From Eledone cirrhosa (Eukaryota): a DNA stretch of 64,000 nt. The position numbers were made by a program, and so were the translations under genes. The stretch covers positions 10,416,001-10,480,000 of the forward strand of contig OZ024741.1 of NCBI GenBank assembly GCA_964016885.1, written 5' to 3'. Position 1 is the stretch's first letter; each line of letters opens with the position of its first letter. Below the pieces are notes generated by a model that had not been told where the DNA came from, did no database searches, and was given only the letters and a program-made list of their open reading frames with translations. This document shows positions 62,101 through 64,000 of the stretch, piece after piece.

Positions 62101-64000
62101 TGGTGGAGTGGTGGTGTTGGTGTTGTTGGTGGTGGTGGTGATAGTGGTGGAGGTGGTGGTGTTGGTGTTGTTGGTGGTGGTGGTGATAGTGGTGGAGGGG
62201 GTAGTGTTGGTGTTGTTGGTGGTGGTGGTGATAGTTGTGGAGGTGGTGGTGTTGGTGTCGTTGGTGGTGGTGGTGATAGTGGTGGAGGTGGAGGTGTTGG
62301 TGTTGTTGGTGGTGGTGGTGATAGTGGTGGAGGGGGTAGTGTTGGTGTTTTTGGTGGTGGTGGTGATAGTGGTGGAGGTGGTGGTGTTGGTGTTGTTGGT
62401 GGTGGTGGTGATAGTGGTGGAGGTGGTGGTGTTGGTGTTGTTGGTGGTGATAGTGGTGGTGGTGGATTGTGTTGGTGTCATTGGTGCTGGTGGTGGTGGT
62501 GGTGATAGTGGTGGAGGTGGAGGTGTTGGTGTTGTTGGTGGTGGTGGTGGTGGTGGTGATAGTGGTGGAGGTGGTGGTGTTGGTGTTGTTGGTGGTGGTG
62601 GTGATAGTGGTGGAGGTGGTGGTGTTGGTGTTGTTGGTGGTGGTGGTGATAGTGGTGGAGGTGGAGGGGGTAGTGTTGGTGTTGTTGGTGGTGGTGGTGA
62701 TAGTGGTGGAGGTGGTGGTGTAGGTGATAGTGGTGGAGAAGGTGGTGTTGGTGTTGTTGGTGGTGGTGGTGATAGTGGTGGAGGTGGAGGTGTTGGTGTT
62801 GTTGGTGGTGGTGGTGATAGTGGTGGAGGTGGTGGTGTTGGTGTCGTTGGTGGTGGTGGTGATAGTGGTGAAGGTGGTGGTGTTGGTGTTGTTGGTGGTG
62901 GTGGTGATAGTGGTGGAGGGGGTAGTGTTGGTGTTGTTGGTGGTGGTGGTGATAGTGGTGGAGGTGGTGGTGTTGGTGTTGTTGGTGATGGTGGTGATAG
63001 TGGTGGAGGGGGTAGTGTTGGTGTTGTTGGTGGTGGTGGTGATAGTGGTGGAGGTGGTGGTGTTGGTGTTGTTGGTGGTGGTGGTGATAGTGGTGGTGGT
63101 GTTGGTGTTGTTGGTGGTGGTGGTGATAGTGGTGGAGGGGGTAGTGTTGGTGTTGTTGGTGGTGGTGGTGATAGTGGTGGAGGTGGTGGTGTTGGTGTTG
63201 TTGGTGGTGGTGGTGATAGTGGTGGAGGTGGTGGTGTTGGTGTTGTTGGTGGGGGTGGTGATAGTGGTGGTGGTGGTGGTGTTGGTGTTGTTGGTGGTGA
63301 TAGTGGTGGAGGTGGTGATAGTGGTGGAGGTGGTGGTGTTGGTATCGTTGGTGGTGGTGGTGATAGTGGTGGAGGTGGTGGTGTTGGTGTTGTTGTTGGT
63401 GGTGGTGATAGTGGTGGAGAGGGTAGTGTTGGTGTTGTTGGTGGTGGAGGTGATAGTGGTGGAGGTGGTGGTGTTGGTGTTGTTGGTGGTGGTGGTGATA
63501 GTGGTGGAGGTGGTGATAGTGGTGGAGGTGGTGGTGTTGGTGTCGTTGGTGGTGGTGCTGGTGATAGTGGTGGTGGTGTTGGTGTTGTTGGTGGTGGTGG
63601 TGATAGTGGTGGTGGTGGTGGTGTTGGTGTTGTTGGTGGTGGTGGTGATAGTGGTGGTGGTGGTAGTGTTTGTGTCGTTGGTGGTGGTGGTGATAGTGGT
63701 GGTGGTGGTGGTGTTGGTGTTGTTGGTGGTGGTGGTGATAGTGGTGGTGGTGGTGGTGTTGGTCTCGTTGGTGGTGGTGGTGATAGTGGTGGAGGTGGTG
63801 GTGTTGGTGTTGTTGGTGGTGGTGGTGATAGTGGTGGTGGTGGTGGTGTTGGGGTTGTTGGTGGTGGTGGTGATAGTGGTGGAGGTGGAGGTGTTGGTGT
63901 TGTTGGTGGTGGTGGTGATAGTGGTGGAGGTGGAGGTGTTGGTGTTGTTGGTGGTGGTGGTGATAGTGGTGGAGGTGGTGGTGATAGTGGTGGAGGTGGA
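56200..64000. repeat. Tandem pair of ~4.3 kb and ~3.9 kb blocks (junction ~60500; second copy runs off the window)
   Basis: Offsets are 4305 (56415->60720, 56847->61152, 57117->61422), then 3894 (58575->62469) after a 411-bp loss. Private markers GGAGAAAGT, GTCTTTGG, GTAGTCTT and GGTATCGTT occur in both copies. Confidence 0.88.

Larger units (their letters stand above)
1..64000. repeat. G/T-rich 45-bp tandem repeat array (satellite/minisatellite) derived from (GGT)n, running off both window ends
   Basis: The GATAGT anchor recurs about every 45 bp throughout. Consensus is GAT AGT GGT GGA GGT GGT GGT GTT GGT GTT GTT GGT GGT GGT GGT. Length variants (21, 39, 42, 48, 51, 54 bp) differ by whole triplets. 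No non-repeat sequence or inversion seen. Confidence 0.98.

Noticed and set aside
33544-62481. Extensin-like (SPPPP) and His-rich ORFs on the - strand as real CDS
   Set aside because: There is no signal peptide, Tyr cross-linking motif or unique terminus, and the ORFs are chimeras of frames. Kept only as a hypothesis in the findings.
5-62723. Dozens of + strand Val/Leu-rich 'membrane' and Gly-rich ORFs, up to 1681 aa
   Set aside because: They are pure translations of the repeat with GTG/TTG starts. They overlap in two frames, swap composition at 1-bp indels and contain no domains.
1-64000. CRISPR array or repeat-spacer system
   Set aside because: The units abut directly with no unique spacers, palindromic repeat, leader or cas genes.
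1-64000. Telomerase-type telomeric repeat
   Set aside because: One strand is G-rich, but there is no TTAGGG/TTAGG-like short unit. Variants are copied in multi-kb blocks, which indicates recombination and not templated addition. A subtelomeric location is not excluded.
1-64000. Programmed frameshifting or phase-variable antigen cassette system
   Set aside because: The frameshifts are fixed indels copied with their blocks. No expression site, recombinase, conserved cassette ends or slippery-site structure is visible.
1-64000. Immunoglobulin switch-like region
   Set aside because: It is G-rich and tandem, but lacks the dense AGCT/GAGCT motifs. GAGCT occurs only in a few variants.
1-64000. Whole window as a sequencing artefact or synthetic low-complexity sequence
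   Set aside because: Rare variants recur collinearly at exact multi-kb offsets with copy-specific differences, as expected of an evolved array. The copy number of the large blocks still needs read-level confirmation.

Overview
The whole 64 kb is one head-to-tail tandem repeat array (satellite or very long minisatellite) in a single orientation. I found no unique DNA, real gene, RNA gene, mobile element or CRISPR array. The consensus monomer is 45 bp, GATAGTGGTGGAGGTGGTGGTGTTGGTGTTGTTGGTGGTGGTGGT (25 G, 17 T, 3 A, 0 C), a degenerate (GGT)n, at roughly 1,400 copies (64,000/45). The many long ORFs are a by-product: the unit is 15 triplets long and five of six frames lack stops. The informative structure lies in rare variants, which reveal nested higher-order repeats of 84 bp, ~0.2 kb, 1.2 kb, ~2.3 kb, ~3.9 kb, ~4-6 kb, 6.7 kb and ~21-27 kb. 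These appear to have been built by successive overlapping tandem duplications. A few 1-bp indels are inherited through them as lineage tags. I could not support a new gene system. The best leads are the array's duplication history, a possible CpG-decay signature, and a weak hypothesis of a mucin/extensin-like coding origin. The organism cannot be determined, although such arrays are typical of eukaryotic genomes. Block boundaries were read by eye and are approximate to about one monomer.
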